This document shows positions 40,104-53,884 of a DNA stretch of 64,000 nt, piece by piece. Below the pieces are notes generated by a model. The model ran no database searches and was not told the DNA's origin. It saw only the letters and a list, made by a program, of their open reading frames with translations. The stretch is from Lobosporangium transversale (Eukaryota). The stretch spans positions 62,001 through 126,000 of the forward strand of contig NW_019029013.1 of NCBI RefSeq assembly GCF_002105155.1. Reading direction: 5' to 3'. The translations under genes were made by a program, and so were the position numbers. Numbering within the stretch: position 1 is the first letter of the stretch; every line of letters begins with the position of its first letter.

Positions 40104-40147
<44 letters not shown>

Positions 40148-41474
40148 GGAGATGTCGGCTAATAAGCGACTTTTGTCCTCAAGGAGGCTTTTGGTGATAA
40201 TGAAGGAAGGCTCTTTCGATAATAAAAGTGATGTCTGAGCTAGGTCATGGCCGCTACAGGTTTTTCCCAAGCTTTTGTTACGCCATATTTTTTTATTTTT
40301 TTATTTTTTCTCCTTTAGCCCCAAACATCAACAAATTGGCCTTTGTTATCAGATCATAAAGCGGCTGTTTCTTGACATAAATCTATATTTACTCGTCTTT
40401 GCAAAGCCTTGAACGCCTTTTCTTTTTCCTGTGTGCTGATTAAGGAGGGGCCCTCATGACTTATTTTGGGATGATCTGGTTACTGCTATCTAAAAATTAT
40501 AAAGTGGGTTACTATAAATGAAAATTTAGAGTAAAACAGACGAAAAAAAAAAAAAAAAAAAAAAGGGTAGATGTTGTATAATCGATTGGATGTAAATATG
40601 CACAATATACACCGAGACTTATTGAGTAGCGCCCAGGTTGTCACCATCATCATTTTAAGAACAAGTTCTTGTACGCATTAAAGGATTTAGTGAAGCCCTT
40701 ATAATAGTATTGATGGTAATAACAATGATAGTAAGCTTTATTATTTAGAACATGAGTTGGCCACTTTATTTGAGCACGGGCCACGCTCGGTCGCGTTGAC
40801 TACGATAAATCTGACGTCAAAAAAAAAAAAAAAAAGAAAAAAGAAAAAATCAATGCTCACTTATTTATACCTATTGGATCGTCCATCACACTTTCTCCTC
40901 TTGTTCTTATTATTTCCAGAAAATGCTCAATAACCACATTTATACACGAAAAGAAATAGGAAGAGAAATGTTTTTTTTTTGGTTGGAACTCGTCACTGCT
41001 TGCCACGTCAATCTCCATCTCGAACCAGGAAATAAGAACGTTCAGTTGTCTGGCTACAAAAGCACAAAACCATACTGAGAGTCAATAGATGTCAATCCTA
41101 TCCCCAACTTACTGCCCCCTTGCCAAGAGAGAAAGCTTGGTTGACAATACAATATCATGATAAGTTCGCTCTTACTACATTTGCCGCTCGTGAACACGAG
41201 CGTACGACATGTGAATTGCACGCTAAGCTGAAAAGCCAACGGACTGTGTTTAGCTCAGGTGTAGATTTAAGTATGTCTGACTAATCCTTGGTTTTCCATT
41301 TTAGCTCCTGAGTCTCGTTTGGGTATTGTACTCAATTGTATATTCAACATTACAACTTTGAAGATGATCGATTCTTCGCCTCGTCCTTCTTCATCCATCT
41401 CTCAATATTTCGAGTTCGATTAAGCACTTCGACTTTATTTTAATGACTTATTTTTCTGGAGAAAAATAAAGTAA

Positions 41475-41507
<33 letters not shown>

Positions 41508-41567
41508 AGAGAGTATTCAAGATAATGATGGTGATTAATGAAAATGAAAAATATCTATTCGAGTTTT

Positions 41568-44500
41568 TTAAAATTCCCAGTTGCCATCAACGGTCATGGC
41601 CCATTTGAACTTTTCGCGAAGCGTTTTCGTGAAAATTTTCTCAAGAGGGACATCATATTTTTGACACCATGCTGCAGAAATACGAGGATCAATGTAGTTG
41701 ATCTTTGAAGTACTCAATGCAGTCTGTTTGTTTTCCTCCTGTAAATGTCAGGAAAAATGAGAGATGGTATAAGCTTTTGTTAGTCCAGTCATTTTACTCA
41801 AGATGAGCGAGAGATCTAACAGATCTTACAGCAATGCAAAAACCTACTTTATCGACCATGGTAGTTCGGGTGGCAGCAATACGGTCATCCAGTTTCAACA
41901 TTTGTGCATCACACTTCTCAACGGTCGCACCCTTGGATCCTGGTACAACACCTGTCTTGCGTTCCTTTGCAAGCTCTTTCTCGCGCGCATCTACTTCTTT
42001 GAGCATCTCCTTCAGTTCTTTCGCAGATAAGGGCTTTTCCTTATTCTCTTTCCTTTTCTCATTCTCCTTATCGAACTTAAGCTTGATCTTCTCCCGCTCC
42101 TTCTCCATCAACTGTGCTTCATACTCAATAATCCAGTCCTCCTCGAGATCCGACTCTGGTTCCAGAAGTTCTGGCCGTTTCTTCTTTAACTTGGGCTCCA
42201 GTGTCAAAATTGTACGTTTTAGCTTCATCTTTTGATACTTGAGTGCGCGGATCTATAAAGTGAAGAAAAATAACAATAATAATATAAAAGGCATCAGAAA
42301 CAATGTTTTCATAATATAGCGTCAAAAGCCACATGAATAAAAAAAGCATTACTTTGTCAACGATCTTATCCATTTGGAGAGCATGCCCCTTGCTGACAGC
42401 ACGTTGATGGTTACAAAGAACAGCAACCTCACGATTGGCACGATTATAGGCAAGTAACTTTTCAGCCACAGTGCCGTTAGCAGGGGTCAGTTTTTTCAGC
42501 TGGTCTTGGAATGTGAATGAGGCATTATAAGTACGGAACACCTTGGCTGTCAAACCCTTCATAAGACTCTGAAGATGCTTATTCAGCTCTGAAGTCTACA
42601 AGAAGTGTCAAAATTCAGAATGAATAGTACAGATGCGCGTTAATAGCCGCAACTCTTTAAACATTATACTAGATCCAGAGTAGGCTGTGATTCATAGTAT
42701 TTATACCTTGAGACGATCGAAAAGCTCATCGCCTTCCTGAGCGGGTTCACGCTTAAAGAGACGGATGTTCTTGAAAACTTGTTCATCAACCTCCATTGTC
42801 TTTTGGAAACGAATAGAGTCTTTACCCAAAAAGTCGAGGTGCAAGAGGTTGGGCTTCTCCAATGTAACATGCTCATAACGTAAGGAACAGCAGCCGACCG
42901 TATCGGCTTCATCTTCTCCTTTCTCATTACCGGCTCTCAGAGCGAGGCGATCAATAAGGTACATGGCCGTGGCACGCTGGCGAATAAACATTTTCTTGTC
43001 CTTAAGATCCGTCATATATGCCTTTCGAATGTCGGCAACACATTTCTTCAGCTCGCGTGCAGTCTCAAACTTCTTAAAGTCCGATTGACCTTTGAGAGAA
43101 CTTCCTGCAGCCAGGAAGACATACTTGGTCGAATCATTGACATTCTCCTTCCATGTGGCCAACCATGTCTTGGTGTCATCGTGAACAATCTTGCCCCACT
43201 TATGTCCCTCAGGTGCCTTAGGAATAGGTGCATCTTTACTTAGATTGAGGGTGACTTGTTCTGGCATGACACGTAGCTAAGTAGTACATAGTTTATCAAG
43301 AATTCCAATCGATCAACCAACCTTCCATTAAAAATGGGGCAGCGTCATCAAAATGTTGGATTACGATGCCCGTTTAGTTACCTTCAAGCATCCTGTCTTG
43401 GGATGCTTTCCACGTCCTCTGAACAGACCTGGAGGTTCGATGCGGAAGTTTCCAACCTTTTCCTTTCGACCATCCAAGTAACAAACACCATAGTGTTCCT
43501 CCAAAGCCTGTTTTTCGGCCTTCTGAGCATTTTTTTCCTCTTTTGTCATGTTCTTTTTCTTTTCTTTCTCGTTCTGGAAATGTTCATACAAAGGCGTGAA
43601 ATCACATTTGCCAAAGCTAGTAATCTCAGGAACCTGAACCACACACGAAAATAATTTAAAATATGAGCTTGAGATTTAAACTCTTGGATGTGATAAATTG
43701 ACACCTCCTTCATTTAGCAATGGCAAAAAAAAAAAAAAAAAAAAAAAAAGAGAGAGACAGATGATAATTTTCTTACCGTCTTATGCTTTTTGGCAAGCTT
43801 GGAGAAATCTTTGAAAAAGTTTTGCTGGAAGACTGGGTTTTCTGCGTGTTCAGTATACAGGAGCGCACCAAAGAATGATGCCACTTCCTCTACTTCGGGA
43901 GCTAGAGTAACTGGTTTGCCTAACAAACCAGTGCGATATCAGAAGAACGAATGAGTATTGCAGTCTTACACACCAATCCATTCACCTTGTACAACTAAAA
44001 TATTTTGATAGGATTGTGTAGATGTCATACCATCATACTTCATCTTGACACCATGAGGAACATATGGAGGAGGGAAATAGACGCCATTATGTACGAGGGT
44101 CTTCCATTTTACAGAGTCATCCTCGTTCTCTCTTTCTTGCAGCCACCAAGCATGTTCCTCCTCCTCGTCCGCTTCTTCCTCTTCCTTCTTAATCCTCTTC
44201 GCATTAGACTTAGAGTCAGGCTCGTCTTTAATACGCTTTTTGCTCGATGTTTGCTTTGAGTCGATGGCACTCTTAGACTTGCCCAACGTGGGCTCCTCAG
44301 GTTCCTCTTTTACTTTGATAGATTTTGAAGGCTTGGCTTTAGTCTTGCTAGATGTTGATGACTTTTTGGACTATGCCAGGCGACGCAGTTATAGGAAATA
44401 TATGAGATTAGATATCATTACTTAATGAAATCAAAAGCTACCATATGATGATAGCAATATAATACATAGCAATGCTTACCAATGGCACATCCGAATCAGA

Positions 44501-45841
44501 GGAGGATTCCTCCTTATATTTTGGCTCTTTCTTTACTCTAGCAGTGCCGTTGCTGCTACCATTGGTGCTTGCTTTTGCTACAGGCTTTTTCTTAGCTGCT
44601 AGTGGCGTATCCGAATCTGAAGACTCACCAGCGTCTGAAAGAGAAGAACTAGATTTTTTGGAGACAGAAGGTGATCCATACGAGGCATCGTCACTCTCCT
44701 CTTTATAAGAGCTCCTTTTAATATCAGGACGAGTTCGCTTGGAAAGCGGCGCTGCTGAATCGCTACTCTGATAATCCCCGTCATCATCGTCGTCATCAAT
44801 AACTTTTTTCCTGACAGGGGGTCTCTTGCGTTTACCGAGGGGAGTGTCGGAATCACTGCCACTGTCGATATTGTCGTCATCTATTGTTCATTTCAGATTT
44901 TTTTTTTTTTTTTTTTTGATGTTGACATGTGAGTTTAATGGATTTCAAAAAGTGGGATTAAGCACGATCTCATGAGGGTATGGACCTAAATCAGATGATC
45001 ATGCATGCAATATGTCGAGCCCTTGATCTCTTTTGATCGATCGATCATTTTCAGATTGCGGAAGCAATAGTTTCCAACAGATAAATTGCCTTCATTTTTT
45101 TATTTCGCCAATAACTGATGATTGTTATTGAAGACAAAAGAATTGTTTCACGAAGGGCTAATCGAAAGGTGTTGCAATGACAATGGCAGAATTGGAAAGA
45201 TCGCATGTGTACTGTCCGAAAAAAAAAAAAAAAAAAAAAAAATGGTGGCACCAGATCTCACTCCCTTGATGCATACACTATACCACACACTGTCATACCA
45301 TAATACTTTAATAAAGGGACTTTTCCATTATGTCAACCTGACTGCAATCATACCAATGAAAGAAAAAAGTACGATTGATCATGTCTGTGGACCACCCTGT
45401 GGTGGTTGGAGGTAGCAGTTTTTTGTCTTACAATCACCATTTCCATTCCTCTCCCTTTTTTTCATGCTCTGCCATATCCCTTTTCATCTAATCTCCGCCC
45501 TACTTCACTTGCACTTGTACATATTAACTATGAGGTGATATGAACACTCATATCTTCAGCAGTATTGCGGATCCGCAAGAAAAGAGGCAGAAAAAAAGAA
45601 AGAAAAAAACGCGTTCCGACTTCCGCGCTTTTTTTAATACAGTTACAACTTTTTTTGTGCTTTTGTAGATCAAATAGAAGTCTTCTTTTGTCTCCTCCCT
45701 CTCCCAGCTTCATATTTTAAATTCAGTATTTAAATGTATTAATTTCATCAAAGAAAACATACCTGTCGAATGATGATTATTATTGTTATTGATTATTTGC
45801 TTCTTTCTCTCTGCCAAAGGCATATCTTCTGAATCCGACAT
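41568..45841 (-). CDS. TOP1: DNA topoisomerase I (type IB), about 867 aa, 9 exons (45841-45763, 44880-44480, 44370-44031, 43919-43777, 43633-43382, 43276-42707, 42595-42353, 42252-41848, 41738-41568)
   Basis: Motifs [67 protein letters not shown] and catalytic [10 protein letters not shown]. Exon lengths sum to 2604 nt. Confidence 0.97.
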
Positions 45842-46225
45842 TATTTATATATATTTTTTTCTTCTTGCTTATTATTTTTTCCAGTGGTTGAGTTTGAAAA
45901 GTAATTATAATGTAATGCAGTATACAAATTGCTAATGTTGTGTTAGGTTAATTGGTGACGTTGGAATGAAACGTGTGTATGGAGTAGGAGAAGTATCAGG
46001 GAAAGGAGAGAAGAGAGAGAAAGAGAATATGGAAGAAAGAGTGGAAGAAAGAAAGGGGGACATTGCAGATATTTATACCCGCGAGTGAAATTTTTTGAAG
46101 TCCACAATTCCATGGACTTGGATTTTTTTTCCTTCCTCTCACTTCTAAAAGTATCTTCTAAATAATTAGTTCAATAAGCCACATCACGTGGACTGCGCTC
46201 CTTATTAAATTATATGTATATTTTT

Positions 46226-49200
46226 TTAAGTACTCTTCCCATGTCGCCTCTCCCATTGCTCTTTTGCCTCTTGGCGCAGCGCTGCTTCATTTTCCGCACC
46301 AGTATCTGCCACCATCCTACGAAGCCATCCTCCTGATACCGCTTCATCACTACCGTCTCCAGGCCTCGTCTCTCCCATACCAGGCTTATTCAATAACACC
46401 CATGGCTCATCAAACTCCATCACCTCGCCTTGGTCCAGTACCAGGATCCTGTCATAGTCCCCGATAACTGTGTTTAAACGATGTGCGATCGTGAATACCG
46501 TTGCATCTTGGAACTGTGAATGGATCGCCTTTTGGATCATACGATCAGACTGTAAGTCCACATTGGCGGTCGCCTCATCCATCACAATGATCTTTGATCT
46601 TCTTAACACTGCACGTGCCAAAGACAGCAATTGACGCTCTCCAATACTAAAGTTCTTGCCATTATCATCCACAACAGCATCCAGCCCCCCTTCAAGTCCT
46701 TCAACCGTCCGTTTCAGCTCTGCCGCTTCTAATGCTGCCCAGAGGTCTGCATCTTGGTGCTGAGAGAATGGATCAAGATTAAACCGCAATGAGCCTCGGA
46801 ACAAGAAGGGTTCTTGAGGAATGATCGCCATCTTCTCTCGCAGATCGTGCATTCCAATCTTGCTAATATCAATGCCATCGATCGTTATTCCACCACGCTG
46901 AGGAGGATTACCAGTTGTGGTCTCAACCAGTCGAAAGAGTGCTCCAATCAAACTGGACTTTCCTGCACCAGTGCGGCCAACAATACCAATACGTTCTCCG
47001 GCGCGGAAGTTCAATGAGATATGCTTGAGGACAGGTCCCTCGCCACGTGGATACGTGAGAGACATATCCGTGAATGTGACCTTAGCCTCGCTTGGCCAGC
47101 CATTGGGGACAACTGAGGTACCATCGGGATTGAATGCACGACGGCTCGATTCCTCAGGCTTGATTTGTGCATACTCCATCATGCGCTCCACAGAAACCAT
47201 CAAGATCGCAGCCTCGACACTCTGTCTCACAGCCCACTGTAGCTCTCCACTCAATTGGACTACATAATTGAGCGCCAATCCGACCAGGGCGGCCTCTTGA
47301 GAATCACGGACAGCAACACATGCGACTGCAGTAATGCCCAAGAAGAGTGCAGAGACCGCATCCAGACGGAATCCGAGCCAACGAGCACAGATTAAGTAAG
47401 CGAAAAAAGCTCGTCCATTAGTCTCCTGAGCTTCCACAAAGCGGTTCATGAAGCGATCTCCAACACCGAATGCACGGACAGAGGTGAGGCCATCTAAAGT
47501 CTCTGAGAGCTGGGAGTAAATGGGTGAACGGGTTTGACTGTCGATACGTTTGACTTGACGACTGGTCCTGATGTAGATTTGGCGAAGGAAGATAAAGCCT
47601 CCAAGAAGGAACGGAATAGAGATCACTACCCAAGCATTGACAATGCAAACCACCACGACAGATCCAAACAGCATAAATACAATCTGCGTTGCATCAAAGA
47701 ATGTGTAGGGCAGCAACTCGTCACAGTTGGCCATATCCTTAGAGAATCGATTAAGGACACGTCCATGAGGATTGGCATGGAAAAAATCAATGTTCGCCTT
47801 CAATAATGCGTCGAGCATAGCCTTGAAAATGTTGCGTGAACTCTCTGAGACGCAGTAAAAGAATAGGAATGAGCGAATAAGAGTCATAATCACCGTGGCA
47901 AGGCAGTAAATTCCAAAAACTGTAGGATAATATGAGCGGGTCTGCTCCTCACGAGGCAGAGACGACCACTTCGACAGGAAAAAGTCTCCAGCAACCATAA
48001 TGCCCTGTGCGGCAGACAATGATAGAATTGCTAGCATTAATCGGAAAGGAGTCGATCCAAGGCGGAAGAAATCGTAATAAACGCGGAGTGGCGTGTCGCC
48101 TTCTTGAATTTCCTCAACTGTCAAATTCTTCTCTGGAGCATCGACATCATCTTCTATAATTTTATTGCTCTCAGCGCGAGACTTGACACGTTTAAGGACC
48201 TCCCCTAGATCGGCACCAGCCTCTTCCGCTTTGAGAATAAGCATGGTATCTTCGTCTTCTGTCACCTCGGGTGCCTTCTTGGCAAACTCACGTAAAACAT
48301 CCACGAATTTTGCACGTGTCTTAATGCTCCTGATAGAAGCACCGTCGTTAATCACCCTCTCGACCTCGACCTCGTGTTGCATAACTGCATCCACACGCCC
48401 AGCATGAGTAACCTGTCCTTGTTCCAGCACAATGACGTTCTCGCAATCCTTGATGTACTGCAATTGATGAGTGACTAGTACACGCGCCTTGCCCTTCAAT
48501 AGTCCATTGATGCAGTTTTCAAATAGAGCACGACCGACCTTGGGATCGACAGCCGAGAGAGGGTCATCCAGAATATACACATCCGAGTCTCTGTAAGCAG
48601 CTCTAGCCAATGAGACACGGGCCCGTTGACCACCACTGAGAGTCACGCCCTTCTCGCCAATAACAGTTTCATCACCTTGTGGAAACAAGGAGAGATCGCG
48701 CGTCAATTCACAAGCTTTAATGACCTTGTCATAGCGTTCTTGGTTAAACTGCGAACCGAACAAAATGTTGCTCTTAATGGTTCCTGCGAAGATCCAAGGT
48801 GACTGCGCAGAATAAGACATTGTGACACGATCTTTGTCTTTTTTGGCCAGTGCAAATGATCCAGAGACCAAGGGCATTTCCTGCAGCAGAGCCATGCAGA
48901 AACTGGACTTGCCACACCCAACTGGGCCAACGATAGCTAAAAGCTCATCACGGCGCAGTGACATGGTGATGTTATTGAGGATGGCTTTTTTAGGGCTACC
49001 AACAGTCTGGTTATCAGTACTTTGCTGATCCTTCTCTCTCACCGATCCATGAATATGTCCATGTGTACTATTTTCTTTAGCAGACAAATCAATAATTTCG
49101 TTCTGCTCATTTGTGCTTACTGTCCATGAGAAAGACGCGTCACGCATCTCAAGTAACACGGATGGGTCAAGAACCTTCTCCACACCCACATTAGCACGCC

Positions 49201-50887
49201 CTTCTGGATCATCATCCAATTCCTCCGTCTTCTTTGTCCGGAACTCATTCTCGATTCCACGCAGTTCTGGTAATAACATAAAGTCTGTAATGCGACGAAC
49301 AGATACACGAGTTTCCGCAATGGTTTCGAGAGCTCTTGGAAAGAATGCTGTCATAGTTAGACGCATTACGTTAAAGAGAGTGAGTGATACAAAGATCTTG
49401 TCCGGGGTCAGAGTCTCGCCTTGTAGCCAGAACGTGACAAAGACAAAGAGTGCGGTCAATGGTAGAAAGAAGAAGTAGATGGCCATATTGCTTGCTCTCA
49501 TCAAGTTAGCTTTCCAAATGTATTTAAGCTCCAGCGATCGAAGCATCAAAATTTTTTCCTGAAAGGGTACCTCCCAAGCACAGAGTTTGACAAGCTCAAT
49601 GCCCTGGAAAACATCGGATAGGGTCCTGATACGGTCATCACGGGCATCAACTGTTTTGATGCGAATGCGGGCAAACTGGCGTGAGAAGTATGTCTGGATT
49701 GGCACCAAGATAGCAAAGACCAGTAATCCTGATAGACAGGCAACATTGATTTCTCTCCAGAGGAAATACATGACAACTGCCATCTCAATTGGGCCAATGA
49801 TAGCATACAACATAAATGGTGTAGCGTTTTCAAAAGGTTGAACGTCTGTCTTGCCAGATAAAAAGAGAATATCAGTAAACAAGGTTTGAAATGAAGTATT
49901 GACAAACAAACGAAAAAACTTGTTGTCACTGTCTTTATACCATTAGAAATTAAGTTGACGACAGTTCCTGTTGCAATAGAGCTGGAGGTAGAGAGGGTAA
50001 GGCACTTGCGATACATGAGTGAGATCAAACTTTGTCTAATCCAGAGTCCTGTACGCATTGTTGGAAAGAAGTAATGATGATGCATGGTTCCATGAAAAAG
50101 GGTAACAAGGAATAGACCAATAGCATAGGCCATTCCTTCACCCATCGACATATTTGGGTCATCAAAGAAACGGATCACAAATCTGATACAAAGAAAAGAA
50201 AAGAGAGCAGAATAAAAGAAAAAGTGGTTAGAACTCGCTTGATCGACTATGGGTAATCTGAACGGTTAATACTATTCGTGCAGCTTTTTTTTTTTTCTCT
50301 TACCCCATGAGAATGGCCTCGCCGATCTTGCAGGCACTTTCGATGAAACCAGTGAAGATGGACAAACTGAAATAGAAACCAAAGCATCGCCAAAGAACTA
50401 GATATAGATTAGGCCTCTTTGGTTTTGTTCCTTTTGCTTTTGCCTTGGCTTCGTTCTTTTCAACTTCTTTGGTCCATTCTTGCAGCAGCTTGTCAGTAAT
50501 CCTCTTGACATGATCATTTTTAGAAAGCTGGTCTAAATCTGTTTCGACAATAGTTTGGCTCTATGATTGTAAAAATTGTGCAATTCATTATGAGTAACGT
50601 ATTCAGCTATGTGATGATGTAGGAGTTGTGGAGAAAGGGGAGTGGGAAAATCCAAAAAATCGTTCCGAGAGGCCAAGTGTGGATCAAAGGAGAAAAGCGA
50701 CGTTGGGAAAAAGAATGTAATTTTATCTATTTCAAGTTTCAGTGCATATATTTCTTTTGTTTTTCTCCAAAGACAGGGATGAACTTACCCATCCCTTGAT
50801 GAGCAATGGTTGAATCCAGCTGAATGAGAAGTAGGACAATGGGTTGCAATTCTCAATGCCAGCAGGAGGGTGCTTAGATTCTGTCAT
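46226..50887 (-). CDS. ABCC (MRP) family ABC transporter, short form lacking TMD0 (ABCC4/MRP4-like), about 1405 aa, 4 exons (50887-50789, 50560-50304, 50182-49941, 49845-46226)
   Basis: NBD1: GPVGCGKS, LSGGQRARVSLARA, VYILDD. NBD2: GRTGAGKS, FSIGERQLL, IVMDEATANVD, TIAHRL. Lasso-like N-terminus NPLSYFSFSWIQPLLIKG. Confidence 0.95.
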
Positions 50888-52366
50888 TGTGTATATATGA
50901 ATGTGCGAATGTTTTTTTTTTTTTTTTTTTGTTTTTTGTTTTTTGTTTTTTGTTTTTTAATAAGCTATCCAGTGAAGACTTCACAGGAATAAAAATTAAT
51001 GTAATGAAGAGGAGAGGAGAAAATAGTCAATGCTGTAGTGAAGAGAAAGTTGTAAACGCAGTTGCGCAGAATGCCTGAAGATTGTACTGTAATTTGACAC
51101 AAAGGCACAGTCAAGCAAAACAACAAAACAGAAAAAAAAAAAAAAACGACCAGTAATATGAGAGGGGTCCCAGATCGGGGTCTTTTATACATTTAAAGAA
51201 GGAAAAAAGTGGGGCCTACTTTTTTTTTGGGCTGTTCAACAGAACACGCCAGACTGAACAACTTCCAACTCCGGCTATTAACACAAAATAAAAAAAGTAA
51301 AAAAATCTTGCATGCTTCCGCCCCCTCCCTTTATACAACCACGATGTGCAGGGGAGGAGGAAGAGGAAAGATATGACTGCAAACGTTTGCCGGACCCACC
51401 GATCACCAATCGCATTCATTTTTGGGGCCAAATGATGATCATTCTCTCCATTTTTTTTTTCAGACCAAGCTCCTGTAAACTACAAGGACGAGTAATGAAA
51501 TCCTTACTAATTCCCATGGTCTGATGTGATATTGGTGCAATAGAATGCCTCCAACACTTGCATTCATCAACTTCGCCCTTGGACTCTGTTTGTCTGTGTT
51601 TGAAATTTCTAAAAAAGCACTTTGCCGAATAAGGTTGATGTTTTTTTGTAACACAAGCTCCAAATTCACGACATGAACATGTACATGTACAAAAGTAATG
51701 AAATCCCTGCCTTCTTTGGTGTCCATTTCAATTCGTACTCCTCCCATTCTCATCCTTTGATATCACAGCATCAATGGCAAAATCAAAACACCCTCCTCTA
51801 CTTCCTTATTGAGCTTCATTCTTTTTCTTTCTTCTCTACCCTTACCTAATTCTCTTTCCCACATTCCCAGAAAGGCAGAGAAGATGAGAAACTTATCCAT
51901 CCCGTCCGCTTAGATGCTGCGCATTGGATCAGCAGCTCAAGACGTTCATAATCTTATACATTTATACTTTGAATTCAGGCTAAGCGTTTAGGTCACACAG
52001 AGGTCTGACAAGACACTATTCCGATAATGGGTCATTGTGACAACAGAATGGAAGTATCAAAACTTTTTTTTTTAAAAAAAGTTCCTTTCCACACGGTCAA
52101 ACTTGATGAACGATATACGGACTCATTCCACACGCGTTTATGGAAGGCTGTACAAATCATCTTTTGTATTGATATCTCTTTCCGTAGTAGTAGTAATGAT
52201 CATGCCAACAAAATGTTTATCATCTTGACAAAAATCAATTCCCTGCCCATAACATAATGTAACCTCCATAGGATAAACATTTGTGATAAAATGACTGGCT
52301 CAAATGAAGTTTGATTAATCCTTATTCATATTATTCTAAAGTAGGCAAATGACATGCGTACATGTA

Positions 52367-52773
52367 CAGTCGAAAGTGGATTTTATGGTCAAATGTATAG
52401 AATGAATTAACCTCCACAAAAAATGTACATATTTTAAAACTTAAGAATTAGAGCCACAAATGTTGGCGCACATGACACGAAGCAGTTTATATGCCTATAT
52501 CCCCTCAAAAGGCCATAATATCGTTTGGATTTCTTCAAGTCCATGTTTGGTGTATGTTTTATCCTTAGAAGAGAGCAAAAGGATGGTAGACCTCTTTTTT
52601 TTTTTTTTCGTTTCTTCACTTCATCTGAGAACGGCCGAATCTTTTTGGTTATGGTGTGCGTCAATAAATGTGGCTCTAATTCTCACGTTTTAAAATATAC
52701 TTTGTGGAGGTCAATTCATTCATTTTACAGCCAATTTCACTATGAATTTGGCCGTAAAATCCACTTTTGACTG
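52367..52773. mobile_element. Non-autonomous Tc1/mariner-superfamily element (MITE), about 407 bp, with long imperfect TIRs and a TA target duplication
   Basis: Left end TA|CAGTCGAAAGTGGATTTTATGGTCAAAT... versus right end reverse-complemented TA|CAGTCAAAAGTGGATTTTACGGCCAAAT... Inverted similarity continues for about 105-125 bp (acctccacaaa; tattttaaaac; agaattagagccaca). No transposase ORF. Confidence 0.88.
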
Positions 52774-53623
52774 TATTTTTAAGACGTATAACTCTTAAGG
52801 AGAGGACCCTCATCAGCAGTTTCATCTACTCTTTCTTCTCTTCAATCTATTCTCAAGCACTCGTTTAACTCTCAGGATAGGATCTTGAAGAAGAGCATGG
52901 ACGATAATTAAGATTATAAACTCAGTATTTCTTCAGACTATCATATCGTGGATGCGCACAGTCATATGCTCTCGCCAACAAAGAGGCGTCTTCAGGTGCG
53001 GAGGCAGGATTCTAGAGTTGATCGCTTGACGCCAACTGGAGGAACGGATCGAGATGCTGATAGTACTACCAAAGATGTTGCAGAGCTGGATCCCAGTATC
53101 GATCTTCAGGATTCGTACATACCCATGGAATGCTGCAGTGGTGCAAAGCTATATTGACCATGACGATGAGGGGTAAAGAATGGAGACTATTTACGACTCT
53201 ACAATTGATAAGGACAAGGCCTGCGTCAATCAAAGCTATATAAACTCCATCCATCAAGATAAATGTAACGCACCATAGTTCACGGTGGTGATCTTTAAAG
53301 ACACGTCGGGCTACGTTATGAAAACAAACATCTCACTCCACTAAATATGTTTGTATCTGCTTTGTCGATTCCGTATTCCTTTTCTTTGGTTTTTATATTA
53401 AAATGACCACACTTTTCACCTTGATAGTCAATTGCCTTATATCACTCATCGCTCGTAGCAGACAAATTACTCCAATGCTGATGGAAGACTGTAGCTCATC
53501 AAATTTAATTCCTTTCCTTCATCACAGTAGTATTTGATGATTTGATCTGTTCGTTTTAATGGGCATGAAGTGCAAATATGATGTTTTAAATTGGTGACCA
53601 GCAACAATTGGATAAAAAAAGAG

Positions 53624-53849
53624 TTAACTTCTGCCCGCTCGGACAGATCCACGATCCGGTACAGCAGGCAGGAAAGATAGAATGGGGCGTGATGCTTGTG
53701 CGCGATCGGCTGTCATTTGATATAACCAACGAGGCATGAACCGAAACGTGCATGCTCGAAGGACATCCATAAAAACACCCTGTATGATATATCCATGTGC
53801 AATTTTATATCAATCAGCAGCAAAGGAAGGTTAATAGTGGCCCTCCACG

Positions 53850-53884
<35 letters not shown>

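Noticed and set aside
40090..40144. Very long poly(A) tract (also at about 31220, 53850 and 58066) as possible retro-tails
   Set aside because: No flanking TSD or shared upstream 3'-end sequence. Homopolymer runs are ubiquitous in this genome, including in introns.
40339..40352. cctttgttatc resembling the LINE 3' end; similarly gataacgaaggac at about 14610
   Set aside because: Short imperfect matches without a poly(A) tail or TSD; consistent with chance.
41185..41201. Perfect hairpin GCTCGTG-AA-CACGAGC
   Set aside because: A single 7-bp stem is expected by chance in 64 kb, and there is no supporting context.
41249..41330. A-box-like TAGCTCAGGTGTAGA suggesting a second tRNA
   Set aside because: No properly spaced GTTCRA T-loop and no cloverleaf.
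46264..49841. Plus-strand ORFs antisense to the ABC transporter, and similar ones opposite TOP1, bZIP and NHA1
   Set aside because: Shadow ORFs of real coding sequence on the opposite strand or in another frame.
52434..52664. Minus-strand ORF inside the MITE as a transposase remnant
   Set aside because: No DDE/D or HTH motif recognisable, and part of it is a poly(A)-derived Lys run.
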